Both the position numbers and the translations under genes were made by a program. From Nitrosopumilaceae archaeon (GTDB taxonomy: Archaea; Thermoproteota; Nitrososphaeria; Nitrososphaerales; Nitrosopumilaceae): a stretch of 64,000 bases of DNA. The stretch spans positions 896,001 to 960,000 of the forward strand of contig OZ242376.1 in the NCBI GenBank assembly GCA_965209085.1, given 5' to 3'. Shown piece after piece: positions 41,508-52,384 of this stretch; the stretch's first letter is position 1, and each line of letters begins with the position of its first letter. The notes under the pieces are model-generated. The model was not told the DNA's origin. It did no database searches and saw only the letters and a list, made by a program, of their open reading frames with translations.

Positions 41508-42902
41508 ATGATTGCGGGGATTGACGATATTGCAGTATATATACCAAAATTGTATTTTGATGCAAATGATTATGCAACATTGCGCGGCGTTGATGCCACA
41601 AAACTGCAAAAAGGACTTGGCGTATACAAGATGGCCATTGTCGACAGCAATCAGGATCCTGCATGCCTTGCTGCAAACGCATGTTTGAAAATAATGCAGC
41701 AAAACCGACTCGCGCCTGAAGATATTGGGAGATTGTACATTTCCACTGAATCAGCATTTGATGAATCAAAAGCCATGAACTCGTATGTTATAGGCATGCT
41801 GGAGCAGATATACGGACAGGGAACATTTGAGCACTGCGGCGGTATTGAAACAAAATTTGCATGCGTTAGCGGATCTTACGCCCTGTATGATAATACAAAC
41901 TGGATACGTGCCGGAGAATCAGATGACAAATATGCCATAGTTGTGGTCTCAGATATTGCCAAATACGATCTTGGATCTTCCGGCGAGATGACACAGGGTG
42001 CAGGCGCTGTGGCAATGCTGTTAAACCACAAACCGCGCCTTTTGGCATTTGATCCAAAAGTTACCGCCACTTCGATAAAAGACGAGTATGACTTTTACCG
42101 TCCGTTTGGCAAAGAGACGCCCATTGTACACGGTCAGTATTCAACCATGCTCTATCTCATACAGGTGAAAAAAGCGCTAGAGGCATACAAGAAAAAAGTG
42201 GAGCAGACAGGTATAATTGAAGTGGGTAAAGATGAATCAATTTTGGATTATATTGATTATCTAAACATGCACCTTCCCTATTCAAACATGGGCAAAAAAG
42301 CTCTAGCATACCTCATACGCCACGAATGGCGCACGCTTCCAAGATGGAAGTCAATACTAGATGAGATAGGAATGATAGAGCCAATACCAAAGGATCCGCG
42401 CGGAACAATCGAATCCGTTCTAGGGGATCAGGAATTTATGGAAAAAGATCACGAATTTCAAAAACGCTTTACCAAAATACCTGAATACGTCAAACTCTAC
42501 GAATCAAAAATGGCAAGCTCGCTTATAGCATCATCCATGATTGGCAATTTGTATACTGCATCATTATACCTTGGATTTAGAAGCACGTTGGAGTTTGAAT
42601 ACAAAAAAGGTGTAAAGCTTGAATCAAAAAGATTTGGATTTGGCTCGTACGGTTCTGGCAGTTCTGCAATGGTATTTTCTGGAGTCGTTCAGCCCGAATA
42701 TGAAAAAATTGTCTCACGCATGAATCTTGATGATGACATGGGATCGCGCACGCGGCTCACCTTGGAGCAGTACGAAAACGTGCACAAAAACAAACTTGGC
42801 ATATCGGAACCCATACTCGTACCAAAAAAAGAATTCGTTCTCACACAGGTAAAAACGAATCCTGAATCCCGCGGCGAACGCAGATACGCATACAAAGAAT
42901 AA
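41508..42902 (+). CDS. hydroxymethylglutaryl-CoA synthase
   Basis: KFACVSG, EMTQGAGAVA and GNLYTAS motifs. Confidence 0.93.
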   Translation: MIAGIDDIAVYIPKLYFDANDYATLRGVDATKLQKGLGVYKMAIVDSNQDPACLAANACLKIMQQNRLAPEDIGRLYISTESAFDESKAMNSYVIGMLEQIYGQGTFEHCGGIETKFACVSGSYALYDNTNWIRAGESDDKYAIVVVSDIAKYDLGSSGEMTQGAGAVAMLLNHKPRLLAFDPKVTATSIKDEYDFYRPFGKETPIVHGQYSTMLYLIQVKKALEAYKKKVEQTGIIEVGKDESILDYIDYLNMHLPYSNMGKKALAYLIRHEWRTLPRWKSILDEIGMIEPIPKDPRGTIESVLGDQEFMEKDHEFQKRFTKIPEYVKLYESKMASSLIASSMIGNLYTASLYLGFRSTLEFEYKKGVKLESKRFGFGSYGSGSSAMVFSGVVQPEYEKIVSRMNLDDDMGSRTRLTLEQYENVHKNKLGISEPILVPKKEFVLTQVKTNPESRGERRYAYKE

Positions 42903-42912
42903 CCGGCACATC

Positions 42913-43608
42913 TTAGAGATTAATGCCCAGTGCGTCAAGATTCAGCACGTCTGCAATTGCATCAAATGCTAAATTCCCCGCTGTTAAATCCATTTTTGGC
43001 ACAATGCCAAGTATCCGAATACCGGTGATGGCCCCAATATCTTCTGCCAAATGCTGCGGGTCATAACCGTCATCATCAATGCAGTTTATTACAAATCCTG
43101 CCACCGGTATGAGTGCATTTTTGCACGCCATATGTGCAAGTATTGCATGATTTAACGCGCCAATCCTGTTGCGTGAAACGATTACAGTTGGCAAATTCAT
43201 CTCTTTTACAAGGTCCGATACGAAATAATCCTCCCGAATTGGGGTCATTATTCCGCCAATGCCCTCAACTAGCATGGCATCGTGTGATTTGCAAAGTTTA
43301 CGGTATGAATCAAGAACATCTTTTATGTCAAATTCAAGATCCTCCCTGCAGGATGCAGTGTATGGCGATGCTGGCATTTGTGAGAAAACCGGATTTAATT
43401 CAGAGTCAGACTCTGTACATTTTGCCAACCGTGCAAGAATCTCAGTGTCATGCGAGTTGTATTTCTCTGATGCAGGAGAATCTGATGCGGCAAACGGTTT
43501 CATTACGCCTATATTGACGCCGGATTTTTTTGCAGCCCGTGCAATGCACGCGCCAATTACGGTTTTCCCCACGTCCGTATCGGTTCCGGTTACAAATACT
43601 GATTGCAT
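42913..43608 (-). CDS. bioD: dethiobiotin synthase
   Basis: TGTDTDVGKT, MKP and VEGIGG motifs. Confidence 0.95.
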   Translation of the reverse strand: MQSVFVTGTDTDVGKTVIGACIARAAKKSGVNIGVMKPFAASDSPASEKYNSHDTEILARLAKCTESDSELNPVFSQMPASPYTASCREDLEFDIKDVLDSYRKLCKSHDAMLVEGIGGIMTPIREDYFVSDLVKEMNLPTVIVSRNRIGALNHAILAHMACKNALIPVAGFVINCIDDDGYDPQHLAEDIGAITGIRILGIVPKMDLTAGNLAFDAIADVLNLDALGINL

Positions 43609-43651
43609 TGTTAGTTGTCCTCATGCGGCTTTTTATTAATCGTACTGACAG

Positions 43652-44071
43652 TTACTGTGTAAAATGGGCAAGTTTTTCAGATACTGCAGTTATGGCGTCA
43701 AGCTCTTCGCGTGTTGCCAAATCCCCGATTAATTTTTCATAGTATGCGGATTCGGAGCTCATTGCTTTTTTAATTCCGGTACAATACGAGTCAACCGCTT
43801 TTTTTATCAGAGGCACCCCGTCTGCTAATTCATCAACATGTTTGCCAGGATTATGCAGGAAATCTGGTATAAACCCAAGCAGTGCCTCAACTGCGGGGAA
43901 GGTTTTTGCCGCCTCTTGCTGTAAAATCTGTACAAACATTGCCGCATTTTCAATCTCGGGTGATTTTGATACAGTGCGCAATCTCATCTTATAGTGCTCC
44001 AACGCCCTCATTATCGGGGCATATCCTCCCCCGTCGCGCACATACAGTGCAACATCTGCAGAACTTTTCAC
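43652..44071 (-). CDS. conserved hypothetical protein
   Basis: 139-aa ORF. Confidence 0.7.
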   Translation of the reverse strand: MKSSADVALYVRDGGGYAPIMRALEHYKMRLRTVSKSPEIENAAMFVQILQQEAAKTFPAVEALLGFIPDFLHNPGKHVDELADGVPLIKKAVDSYCTGIKKAMSSESAYYEKLIGDLATREELDAITAVSEKLAHFTQ

Positions 44072-44196
44072 ACCATTTAGCGTGCGGTTTTCTTAATATG
44101 TCTAATCAACGGCTGCGGAAAATAATGCGCATGCGGCAAATGTACGTGTAAAATTAAAATGAAAAATAAAATAAAATTAAAAATAATAAAATTGAA

Positions 44197-44283
44197 TCAT
44201 TCTTGTTGTTTCTTTTTTTTCTCCTTTTCTGCGCGTAATTTTGCCAATTCCAATTCCAAATTGGTATGTTTGAATTTTTTCAT
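44197..44283 (-). CDS. small basic protein
   Basis: MKKFKHTNLELELAKLRAEKEKKKKQQE; TATA-like tttatac upstream on the minus strand. Confidence 0.45.
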   Translation of the reverse strand: MKKFKHTNLELELAKLRAEKEKKKKQQE

Positions 44284-44351
44284 ATTACTTGCTTTACATA
44301 CCCCTTGGAAGTATAAAAACCACGCTTGGTTTGTAAAGATCGCACCATTCT

Positions 44352-44987
44352 TTACGTTTTCGTGCCGGTCAGAAACAGCGTGCCTGCGGTACGGCGCCAT
44401 TCCTTATCATCACTTTGAGCGCAGACACGTTCAGTTTTAATTGTAAAACCTGCATCATAAAGTGTCCGTTCCCACTGGCGTATGGAGAGCAAATGCATAG
44501 GAATTTGCATGGATTTTTTCCAGTGCAGTGTACCTGAGTTTTCAGCATAATAGTCCGTACCGCAAAAAAACATTCCGCCAGGTTTCAAAGCCCGCCAAAT
44601 GGCCCGCACTGCATCACATACTGATTTGGCATAATACAGCGATTCCATTGAAAATACATAATCAAACATGTCGCCCTCATATGATTCAATTCCAGTATGC
44701 AAGTATGCCTCCTTGGCTGATGCGGATTTTGATTCTGCAATTTTTATCATGCCGGCACTGACATCAATTCCCAGCGCACTTGCACATTTTGGGTTTTCTG
44801 CCATGGTCCGTACAACCCATCCATTACCGCATCCCACATCAAGAAATGAGAACGCATCTTTAAAATCAACAGAGTTTAAAAATTTGAATACCGTTTTGGA
44901 ATGTCCCTGCTCCATGAGCAAATCCCTCCCATTCAGGGCCCACTTGTCAAAAAATTCCCCAGTATTGGGAAATTGCGGCGTATCCAT
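44352..44987 (-). CDS. class I SAM-dependent methyltransferase
   Basis: LDVGCGNG and LKPGG motifs. Confidence 0.92.
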   Translation of the reverse strand: MDTPQFPNTGEFFDKWALNGRDLLMEQGHSKTVFKFLNSVDFKDAFSFLDVGCGNGWVVRTMAENPKCASALGIDVSAGMIKIAESKSASAKEAYLHTGIESYEGDMFDYVFSMESLYYAKSVCDAVRAIWRALKPGGMFFCGTDYYAENSGTLHWKKSMQIPMHLLSIRQWERTLYDAGFTIKTERVCAQSDDKEWRRTAGTLFLTGTKT

Positions 44988-45086
44988 ATTGTGTTTTTCA
45001 CACCGCAGTGTTTTATCCTTATGTATGCCCCATACAATGTACGATTATGTTTTAAATTTATTATGTACATGATGGAGCATCATTTC

Positions 45087-46406
45087 ATGGCAAAGAGCAG
45101 CCGCGTATGGCATCCAAACACGCAAATGTCCGAATGGGACAAATTTGATAAAATTACAAACGCCAAGGGAATGTATCTTTATGATTCACGCGGCAGAAAA
45201 TACATAGATGCTGTTGCATCCATGTGGTGCAACGTATGGGGCCATTCAAAACCAGAACTGGTGTCAGCCATCAAAGCACAGTCATCAAAACTGCAGCACT
45301 CTGCACTGTTTAATCTCACAAACGAGCCAGTAGAACTGCTAGCTGACAAACTGGTAAATCAGTCGCCGAACATGGCGCATGTTTTCTTTTCAGACAACGG
45401 TTCAACTTCGATGGAAATTGCAGCAAAAATGGCCATACAGTACTGCTCAAACATGGGCGAATCTAGGACAAAGATAGCATCGTTAAAGGGCGGATACCAC
45501 GGGGACACGTTTGGATCAATGTCGCTTGGATACATGCCGGGTTTTTTTGCCCCCTACAAGGGAAAATTATTTGGTGTTACGCAGCTGCCGGCTCCGGACA
45601 CTTATCGGACGGCAGGTCTTGGCGTCGAGGGAAATTTGCACGCATGTCTTGATAAGATAGAGCGCTCAATATCTGCAAATTCAGATTCCATGGCAGCATT
45701 GGTCATGGAAAGCGGGGCGCAAATGGCCGCAGGTGCTCGCATATATCCGCCAAAATTCCAGCAGGATGTTTCAAAAATATGTTCACGGTACAACGTATTG
45801 CTTGTACTAGACGAGGTTGCCACAGGTTTTGGAAGGCTTGGGCATATGGCCGAATACAAACATCAGAAAAGCAGTCCGGATATAGTATCATACGGTAAAA
45901 TGATGACCGGCGGGTATTTGACAATGGGTGCCACATTGGCATCCAAAAAGATCTATAACAGTTTTCTTGGAAAATATGGGGATCAAAAACACCTGTTTCA
46001 CGGACACACATTTACCGGAAATCCACTAGCTGCAGCAGTTGCATGCAAGAATATTCAATTATACAAAAAGGAACGTTTGCTTGACAAAGTAAAGATCACA
46101 TCTGAGAGGCTGAAATCGCATGCGGATTTATTTTATAAAATAAAAGAGGTTGGAGATGTACGGGTTGCGGGACTTTTGATGGGTATTGAGATGGTTTCAG
46201 ACAGGCGTGCAAAAACCCCGTTGCGTACAAGGGGAGTATCGATTAACAAAATCGTCTTTGATGAGGGCAAAAAAAATGGGATATACCTTCGCACACTAGG
46301 CAACGTGGTAATGCTTGTTCCCCCCCTTGCAATTTCAAAAAATACACTTGATACACTTGTGCAGAAAACAGAGAAAACCATACGTGCAATCGTAAAAAAA
46401 TTATAG
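45087..46406 (+). CDS. bioA: 7,8-diaminopelargonate aminotransferase
   Basis: WHPNTQM, SDNGSTSME, YHGDT, DEVATGFGR and HGHTFTGNP motifs. Confidence 0.95.
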   Translation: MAKSSRVWHPNTQMSEWDKFDKITNAKGMYLYDSRGRKYIDAVASMWCNVWGHSKPELVSAIKAQSSKLQHSALFNLTNEPVELLADKLVNQSPNMAHVFFSDNGSTSMEIAAKMAIQYCSNMGESRTKIASLKGGYHGDTFGSMSLGYMPGFFAPYKGKLFGVTQLPAPDTYRTAGLGVEGNLHACLDKIERSISANSDSMAALVMESGAQMAAGARIYPPKFQQDVSKICSRYNVLLVLDEVATGFGRLGHMAEYKHQKSSPDIVSYGKMMTGGYLTMGATLASKKIYNSFLGKYGDQKHLFHGHTFTGNPLAAAVACKNIQLYKKERLLDKVKITSERLKSHADLFYKIKEVGDVRVAGLLMGIEMVSDRRAKTPLRTRGVSINKIVFDEGKKNGIYLRTLGNVVMLVPPLAISKNTLDTLVQKTEKTIRAIVKKL

Positions 46407-46474
46407 CCTGGTGCATCCCATATGAGAAAGATAATGCAGGTTTTAGAATTTGATTTTTAAAATACGCAATATAT

Positions 46475-47632
46475 CTAGCCGAATGTAAACGTGAATATTT
46501 CAAAACCGGCACTATCTGTGCTGATTTCAAGCAGGTGTACTCCGGCATTAGACGAGTCTACAATGTTGTACAATCTTGCATCATCTACTATAACCATACC
46601 GTCAATCACGTCGTATCCGGCATGCTCTGATGATATTGCATCACCATCCAACTTTATGTTCAAATTTGCAGAGTTTGAGGCCACAATGTTTACTTCTCTG
46701 GCATAATAGTGCAGATATACACTACCGCTCTCTGATACAAGTTTCATTCCGTCCATGCCGTTGTACCATTCGCCGTCCATTTGAAAACTATTCAAACCAA
46801 TACTTTCAGAGGCCATATACGATACTATGTTTTCAGGATTATATCCTTCAGAGTTTGCAATATAGTTTCTGCTAGGCAGTGCAAGTTTATACCCGAAATA
46901 AATTTCAGGCGTAGTTTGTCCCGTATGCTTAAAAGCTGTTATATTCACAGTATCATCTGCATGCGCAGCCTGCATACCAAACGCGGATGATCTCTCTGCA
47001 AGAAGTTTCTGTATCATGCGCTCACTCTCCGCGTATCCGCCTTCACCGATATGATCATACCGTATGTACCCTTCATGATCTGCAATGTATTTTCGCGGCC
47101 AATATCTGTTTTCAAAAGCAGACCACGTTTCCATATCATTATCCAATACGACAGGATACACAATGCCGTATTTTGCAACTGCACGTTTTACATTTTCAAC
47201 GTCTTTTTCGAATTCAAATTCCGGAGAGTGTATTCCTATTATCAATAGCCCCTGATCAGAGTATTTTTCATCCCATGCAGTAATGTAAGGTAGGGTACGT
47301 ATGCAGTTTACGCATGAATATGTCCAAATATCGTACAGTACAACCTTGTCTTTTATTGCATCCTGCAGCTCATCGGGTGATGTGTTTATGTAATCTGCAA
47401 TACCCACAAGTTCCGGGGCGGTTTTAAATCCAGATTTGTCAATTCTGGCAGGTTGTGGAATTGTCCCATCATCCTGAGGCATTGCCGAATCTGGTGCATT
47501 AGATGTTGGAGGTGCACTCACGGCAGTATCTGCTGCCATATCCAGCGTGTCAAGTCCGATACTGACAGCAGCTATGCCTATTACCACCGCTATGGCAAGT
47601 ATGATTGCAGTTTTTGCCCCAGATACGCTCAT
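46475..47632 (-). CDS. DipZ-like membrane-anchored thioredoxin/redoxin
   Basis: WTYSCVNC, HSPEF and NRYWP motifs. Confidence 0.9.
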   Translation of the reverse strand: MSVSGAKTAIILAIAVVIGIAAVSIGLDTLDMAADTAVSAPPTSNAPDSAMPQDDGTIPQPARIDKSGFKTAPELVGIADYINTSPDELQDAIKDKVVLYDIWTYSCVNCIRTLPYITAWDEKYSDQGLLIIGIHSPEFEFEKDVENVKRAVAKYGIVYPVVLDNDMETWSAFENRYWPRKYIADHEGYIRYDHIGEGGYAESERMIQKLLAERSSAFGMQAAHADDTVNITAFKHTGQTTPEIYFGYKLALPSRNYIANSEGYNPENIVSYMASESIGLNSFQMDGEWYNGMDGMKLVSESGSVYLHYYAREVNIVASNSANLNIKLDGDAISSEHAGYDVIDGMVIVDDARLYNIVDSSNAGVHLLEISTDSAGFEIFTFTFG

Positions 47633-48354
47633 CCAAGTAACACCAATTCATTTAGAAAGCCAAAGTTTGCAATTGTTGCAAGCTGGTTTGTAAACACTAG
47701 TATGCCAAGCATGATGATAAATCCTCCAAGTATAATATTGTAATATTTCAAATGTTTTGAGAGTTTTTGTACCACGCCGGTGGCACGTGATATGAACACA
47801 CCCATTAGTATGAACGGAATTCCAAGTCCTGCAGAATACGCCAAAAGCAGATGAAACGCAGTTGATGGTGTGGTGGCAGCAAGCGTAAGTATCGTACCAA
47901 GAACGGGTCCCACACACGGAGTCCATCCTGCCGCAAATGCCAGACCGAACAGAAACGATGTCGGATAGCTGGCTTTGGACATTTTTGGAATGAATTTTTT
48001 CTCCATGTTTAATTTTGCAATTTTTATTGACAAGATCATGTATGCGCCAAAAGCCATTATTATTAATCCGCCCACATGATTTAGTGTTTCTATCAAATCC
48101 CCGGCAACATCAAAGAGCACCGTGTTTATTACAACACCAAGAATTGAAAATACAACCGAAAAGCCTGTGACGAAAAATACAGTATTGAGTATTACAGAAG
48201 AGCGGCTTATCTGCACGGTTGCTTTATCACTCAATCCTGATATCGTGGTTCCAGAAATGTATGCAAGAAATGCAGGTATTACCGGCAGAATACAGGGGGC
48301 CACAAATGAGGCAAGACCTGCTACAACTGCCACCGCTAAACCCACTTCTGCCAT
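47629..48354 (-). CDS. ccdA: CcdA disulfide-exchange membrane protein
   Basis: APCILP and GWTPCVGP motifs. Confidence 0.93.
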   Translation of the reverse strand: MAEVGLAVAVVAGLASFVAPCILPVIPAFLAYISGTTISGLSDKATVQISRSSVILNTVFFVTGFSVVFSILGVVINTVLFDVAGDLIETLNHVGGLIIMAFGAYMILSIKIAKLNMEKKFIPKMSKASYPTSFLFGLAFAAGWTPCVGPVLGTILTLAATTPSTAFHLLLAYSAGLGIPFILMGVFISRATGVVQKLSKHLKYYNIILGGFIIMLGILVFTNQLATIANFGFLNELVLLG

Positions 48355-48554
48355 GATACGTAAATTCCAATCATCTGTTAAAAATATATGGGATAAATCT
48401 TTGTTTAAAATACAGTTTATGTTAAAATTAACGAGTATTTTACCAAAATATATGAAAATTTCAAATGAATTCTAAAAAATACGTACTATATGGCAGAAAT
48501 ACCAGCATATGCTGGAAAATAAGATGCTTAAATCCAAATTTTGTCAGTTATGGT

Positions 48555-49199
48555 ATGACTAGGTGGAAATTGCCCCAAAGTCCAAACATAGCTCAGAGGG
48601 TGGCAGGAATTGTAAAACCACAAAGTCCTCTAAAAAACCGCCTAGATGTAGCACAGTCAAAGCTTCAAGGACAGATATTCAGACTTGATAGAGTGCATGA
48701 GGATTTTAAGAAAAAAGAAACTGCATTATTTAACAAAGTGGTCGAATCCCAAAAAAGAAACGACAGGGCATACGCACAAGCCTATGCCACAGAGCTGCAT
48801 CATTTGAGAAAAACCAGCAATATGGTCGGAGGGGCAAAGCTTGCAATGGAGCAGATACAAATGCGTCTTGGAACAATGTCAGATTTGGGCGATATTGTCG
48901 TAACCCTTAGTCCGTGTATGGCAATGATCAAAAACATAAACGCCTCAATCGGATCAGTAATGCCGCAAATGGGCACATCCATGCAGGATTTGGCCGGAAC
49001 GTTAAACGACATACTTGGCGAGGCATCAATTACCGGTGCCGGTGTGATGCAGGATCAAACAATCGGATCAGAAGCTGCTGCAATACTAAACGAAGCGCAG
49101 GCAACTTTGGAGGGAAATATCAAGACTAGCCTGCCAAATCCCCCGCTGCATGCTGAATTGAAAAAAGATATTCTTCAAAAAAGAGAGGCATACATTTAA
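48555..49199 (+). CDS. ESCRT-III/Snf7 (CdvB paralogue)
   Basis: Coiled coil; LEQIQMRLGT..LGDIVVTLSP pattern. Confidence 0.85.
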   Translation: MTRWKLPQSPNIAQRVAGIVKPQSPLKNRLDVAQSKLQGQIFRLDRVHEDFKKKETALFNKVVESQKRNDRAYAQAYATELHHLRKTSNMVGGAKLAMEQIQMRLGTMSDLGDIVVTLSPCMAMIKNINASIGSVMPQMGTSMQDLAGTLNDILGEASITGAGVMQDQTIGSEAAAILNEAQATLEGNIKTSLPNPPLHAELKKDILQKREAYI

Positions 49200-49221
49200 T
49201 TTTTAGGCAATCCTATCTTTA

Positions 49222-49695
49222 ATGATGAGGATTCTGCACGGTAGCCCAGGTTTTGGCGGGATGTTGAGTGAGGCGCAGACAATTGATTTTCTTTCAAGCT
49301 CAAAGCGCACCCTCGTACTTGGAACCGTGGATGTAACAGGTCATGTAAACATGCATCCGGTATGGTACGTTTATGAGAACGGACGCATGTATGTTGAAAC
49401 AGGCAAGGAATCATTAAAGGTAAGAAACGTGCGTGCAAATCCTGGCGCATATTACTGCATAGATGATGATGATCCGGTAAAACCGTACAAAGGTGTAAGA
49501 GGCAAGGCCAAAGTGCGCATCATTGAGGATCTTAAAACCATCCATCCTATGACCGTCAGCATAGTCACAAAATATACGGGCGGAGTGGACAATAAAATTG
49601 CGAAAAGAATTCTAGGCGGAATTGATGACAACGGTTCTGTACTCTTGGAGCTTGAACCCTCATATTATTCCACATGGGATCATTCGATAGAATAA
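49222..49695 (+). CDS. pyridoxamine 5'-phosphate oxidase-like (PPOX/F420) protein
   Basis: PVWY, KVRNVRANP and SWD-type C-terminus. Confidence 0.88.
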   Translation: MMRILHGSPGFGGMLSEAQTIDFLSSSKRTLVLGTVDVTGHVNMHPVWYVYENGRMYVETGKESLKVRNVRANPGAYYCIDDDDPVKPYKGVRGKAKVRIIEDLKTIHPMTVSIVTKYTGGVDNKIAKRILGGIDDNGSVLLELEPSYYSTWDHSIE

Positions 49696-49698
49696 ATT

Positions 49699-50040
49699 TT
49701 ACGAGATTGTTCTAAGGCGGTTTTTAATTCTCATTATGGTAGGATAGCTGTATCCGCGCCGTCGATAGTTTGCAATCATCAGTTTCCAGTTTTTTAGCCT
49801 CCATACGGCCTGCTCTGATGTTACAGAATGGGTTTCTTTTTTGACGATGCTTTTACGTCCCGGCCGAAGTGTTCCAGAATCCTTTGCATTCCAACGGTTT
49901 TTTGCAAATTTTAATCCTGCAAGAATTTCCTCCACGGGCATTGTTTCAAAATATTCTTTCAATCTTGCAGCTTGGTTTGCGGTCAGTTTTCCCCCAACGC
50001 GCATCGTTATCTCTGTTTCATCCATGCATATCAGATGCAT
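49699..50040 (-). CDS. conserved basic hypothetical protein
   Basis: 113-aa ORF, NYRRRGYSYPTI. Confidence 0.7.
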   Translation of the reverse strand: MHLICMDETEITMRVGGKLTANQAARLKEYFETMPVEEILAGLKFAKNRWNAKDSGTLRPGRKSIVKKETHSVTSEQAVWRLKNWKLMIANYRRRGYSYPTIMRIKNRLRTIS

Positions 50041-50078
50041 TCATGTATCTTAAAACAGACCGGTAAATGATTAAGAAT

Positions 50079-50201
50079 CTAACAGTCAATTAATGCCACA
50101 AGCGAGTTTTTGCATGCAGTATTGTACACTCCGAATCCAAATATCAAAATGGCAAATGCAATCAATGGCAATACGACAAAAATTTTTGTGTATATGCCCA
50201 T
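50079..50201 (-). CDS. 40-aa single-TM microprotein
   Basis: Manual translation MGIYTKIFVVLPLIAFAILIFGFGVYNTACKNSLVALIDC. Confidence 0.5.
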   Translation of the reverse strand: MGIYTKIFVVLPLIAFAILIFGFGVYNTACKNSLVALIDC

Positions 50202-50234
50202 ACAATACGTACATGTGTAACCCATATAACGTAT

Positions 50235-50651
50235 TCAATCCACGAGTATGCTCAGTGTTCCAGTACACGATGGGTTTTGTAACGCACAAACCATGCTGCG
50301 CGGCAGCGAATCTGATGCCAAATCGCTCCCAATTGCAAGAGTTCTAGGACATATGAAACCGCTTTTTCTTATCACAATATCGGAGGCATGGCTCAGTATG
50401 AGATCAGAGCTTCCCTTGGCATTTATCATCAAAGTATCCCCGCCGGCGCGTATTCTGATGCATACGTTTGAATCAGATCTGCGCAAGGCTGCCTTTATCT
50501 GCTCAGGCAGTCCAAGACAGCCGCATTGTGCGCCCACACCCACTATGCAGTCTCCTGAAGGGGTAAGATCATCATCACATGTGATCTCTATCGTATTACG
50601 GTGCAGTGAGCGGATGTTTTCATGTCCGTGAAAATTAACGGTAAATTCCAA
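50235..50651 (-). CDS. DUF371 family protein
   Basis: GHENI...H..TIEIT and LTPSGDCIVGV motifs. Confidence 0.9.
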   Translation of the reverse strand: MEFTVNFHGHENIRSLHRNTIEITCDDDLTPSGDCIVGVGAQCGCLGLPEQIKAALRRSDSNVCIRIRAGGDTLMINAKGSSDLILSHASDIVIRKSGFICPRTLAIGSDLASDSLPRSMVCALQNPSCTGTLSILVD

Positions 50652-50694
50652 CCATACATGATTTAGCTAGGCTTAAATTATACGTTTCAAAAGT

Positions 50695-51441
50695 TTGGAT
50701 GATTTGCTTCCAGCACAACAAGGTTACGATAGAGCCATTACAGTCTTTTCTCCAGACGGCAGACTGTACCAGGTTGAATACGCCATAGAGACGGTACGGC
50801 GTGGGACAATCGCGGTGGGAATCAAATCAAAACAGGGCATAATTATTGCAGTAGAGGAGAAATTTAAAAAATTACAGATAACCGATAATGCCCAGAAAAT
50901 ATTCCAAATTGACGATCATATCGGCATAGCTGCTGCAGGGTATATTCCTGATGCGCGCAGCCAGGTGGACAATGCCAGATTTTTCTCTCAAAGTAACAGG
51001 CTCATTTATGATGAGGCAGTCCAAGTTGAAACAGTTGCCAGACATTTGGCAGACCAATGCCAGCAGTTTACCCAGTATGCCGGAGTTCGCCCGTTTGGAG
51101 TTTCTTTAATCATAGGCGGAATAGATGCAGACGGGAATTCAAAACTATACCTGACGGATCCTAGTGGGACGTATATTGAATACGATGCCATAGCCATCGG
51201 GTCTGATTCAAACCAGGTTACAAAATTTCTGGAAGATAATTACAATAACAATATTACATCAGATGATGCAGCAATCATGGCAGTGGCTGCAATATACATA
51301 TCAAGTGAGGACAAACAGGAATCATCGCATATTCGTATGGCACAAATAAATACAGATAGTGGAAAATTTGAAATTATTCCAGAATCCAAAGTTGCAGAAT
51401 TTGCAAAATCTGCCAGGGAAAAATTCAAACCGCAAAGTTAG
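50695..51441 (+). CDS. psmA: proteasome alpha subunit
   Basis: YDRAITVFSPDGRLYQVEYA signature. Confidence 0.97.
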   Translation: MDDLLPAQQGYDRAITVFSPDGRLYQVEYAIETVRRGTIAVGIKSKQGIIIAVEEKFKKLQITDNAQKIFQIDDHIGIAAAGYIPDARSQVDNARFFSQSNRLIYDEAVQVETVARHLADQCQQFTQYAGVRPFGVSLIIGGIDADGNSKLYLTDPSGTYIEYDAIAIGSDSNQVTKFLEDNYNNNITSDDAAIMAVAAIYISSEDKQESSHIRMAQINTDSGKFEIIPESKVAEFAKSAREKFKPQS

Positions 51442-51448
51442 GCATATA

Positions 51449-52243
51449 ATGACTGCAATAGCAATACCGGATTCATGTCTTGTTGACGAACGTACCCAGG
51501 TTGACAAATCGCGCAAGTTATCCCAGTTTGCAAGAACGTGCGCAGTGTTTGGAGTAAATACAATATACGTGTACGAGGATGGCGGCTCAAATTCGGATTT
51601 GGATCTATTGGTTGTGATTTTACGCTACATGGAGACGCCTCCATTTTTACGAAGAAGGCTGTTTCCAAAAGTTTCCGAATTAAAATATGCTGGAATTTTA
51701 GCGCCATTAAACATACCCAGTCATTCCAGTCCGCCCAATCCAAAAAAAATATCCGCCGGTAACATCCGTTCTGGCATTGTCGTATCGCAAAGGGGGAAAA
51801 AATACCTGGACATTGGAACGCCAGAGCCCTTCCCATACAGGGGAAAAACCGAATCAGGCAGGCGTACGGCGATAAAATTCAAAGCCGGATATCCGGAATT
51901 TGTTTACGAAGAGGTGGAAGAGACTGATTATTCCGGATATAAAACGCGTGAGCGCGGCTCGCTTGCAAATATTATCAAATCATGGGAGGGTCCTGTCATA
52001 CTCACCTCAAGGAAGGGGCGCGCCATCACGTCAGGGGATGTTAAATCCTTTGTGGCATCCAAAGGAAAGACGCTTCTTGCGTTTGGAAGCACCGAGAGGG
52101 GCGTTGGTGAAATTCTTGGAGGCCATGTAAAAACAATGCAAAATGCAAAAACTTTGAATTTCTTCCCCGGACAAAAAACACAAACCGTGCGTCTTGAAGA
52201 GGCGATGTTTGGATGCCTTGCTGTGCTGCATTCGGGGGCATAA
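51449..52243 (+). CDS. SPOUT RNA methyltransferase (DUF171/C9orf114-like)
   Basis: ETPPFLR, AGILAPL and PGQKTQTVRLEEA motifs. Confidence 0.88.
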   Translation: MTAIAIPDSCLVDERTQVDKSRKLSQFARTCAVFGVNTIYVYEDGGSNSDLDLLVVILRYMETPPFLRRRLFPKVSELKYAGILAPLNIPSHSSPPNPKKISAGNIRSGIVVSQRGKKYLDIGTPEPFPYRGKTESGRRTAIKFKAGYPEFVYEEVEETDYSGYKTRERGSLANIIKSWEGPVILTSRKGRAITSGDVKSFVASKGKTLLAFGSTERGVGEILGGHVKTMQNAKTLNFFPGQKTQTVRLEEAMFGCLAVLHSGA

Positions 52244-52251
52244 GATAACCC

Positions 52252-52359
52252 ATGGAGGGGAGACCATTTTTGCTGCTAGCGATAGGACTTGGAGCGTTTG
52301 GCGTTTGTGCCGGAGCCATCACCATATACTGGATGATTGAAAATATTTTACAACCCTAG
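52252..52359 (+). CDS. 35-aa single-TM microprotein
   Basis: Manual translation MEGRPFLLLAIGLGAFGVCAGAITIYWMIENILQP. Confidence 0.5.
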   Translation: MEGRPFLLLAIGLGAFGVCAGAITIYWMIENILQP

Positions 52360-52384
52360 ATATTCGTCTTTGTTAGAGCGGAAC

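Noticed and set aside
44150-44230. A-rich then T-rich low-complexity tract
   Set aside because: Explained by an AT-rich intergenic region plus the Lys/Glu codons of a small minus-strand ORF.
44352-44987. Calling the methyltransferase between bioD and bioA BioC
   Set aside because: Only generic SAM motifs are visible; proximity alone is insufficient.
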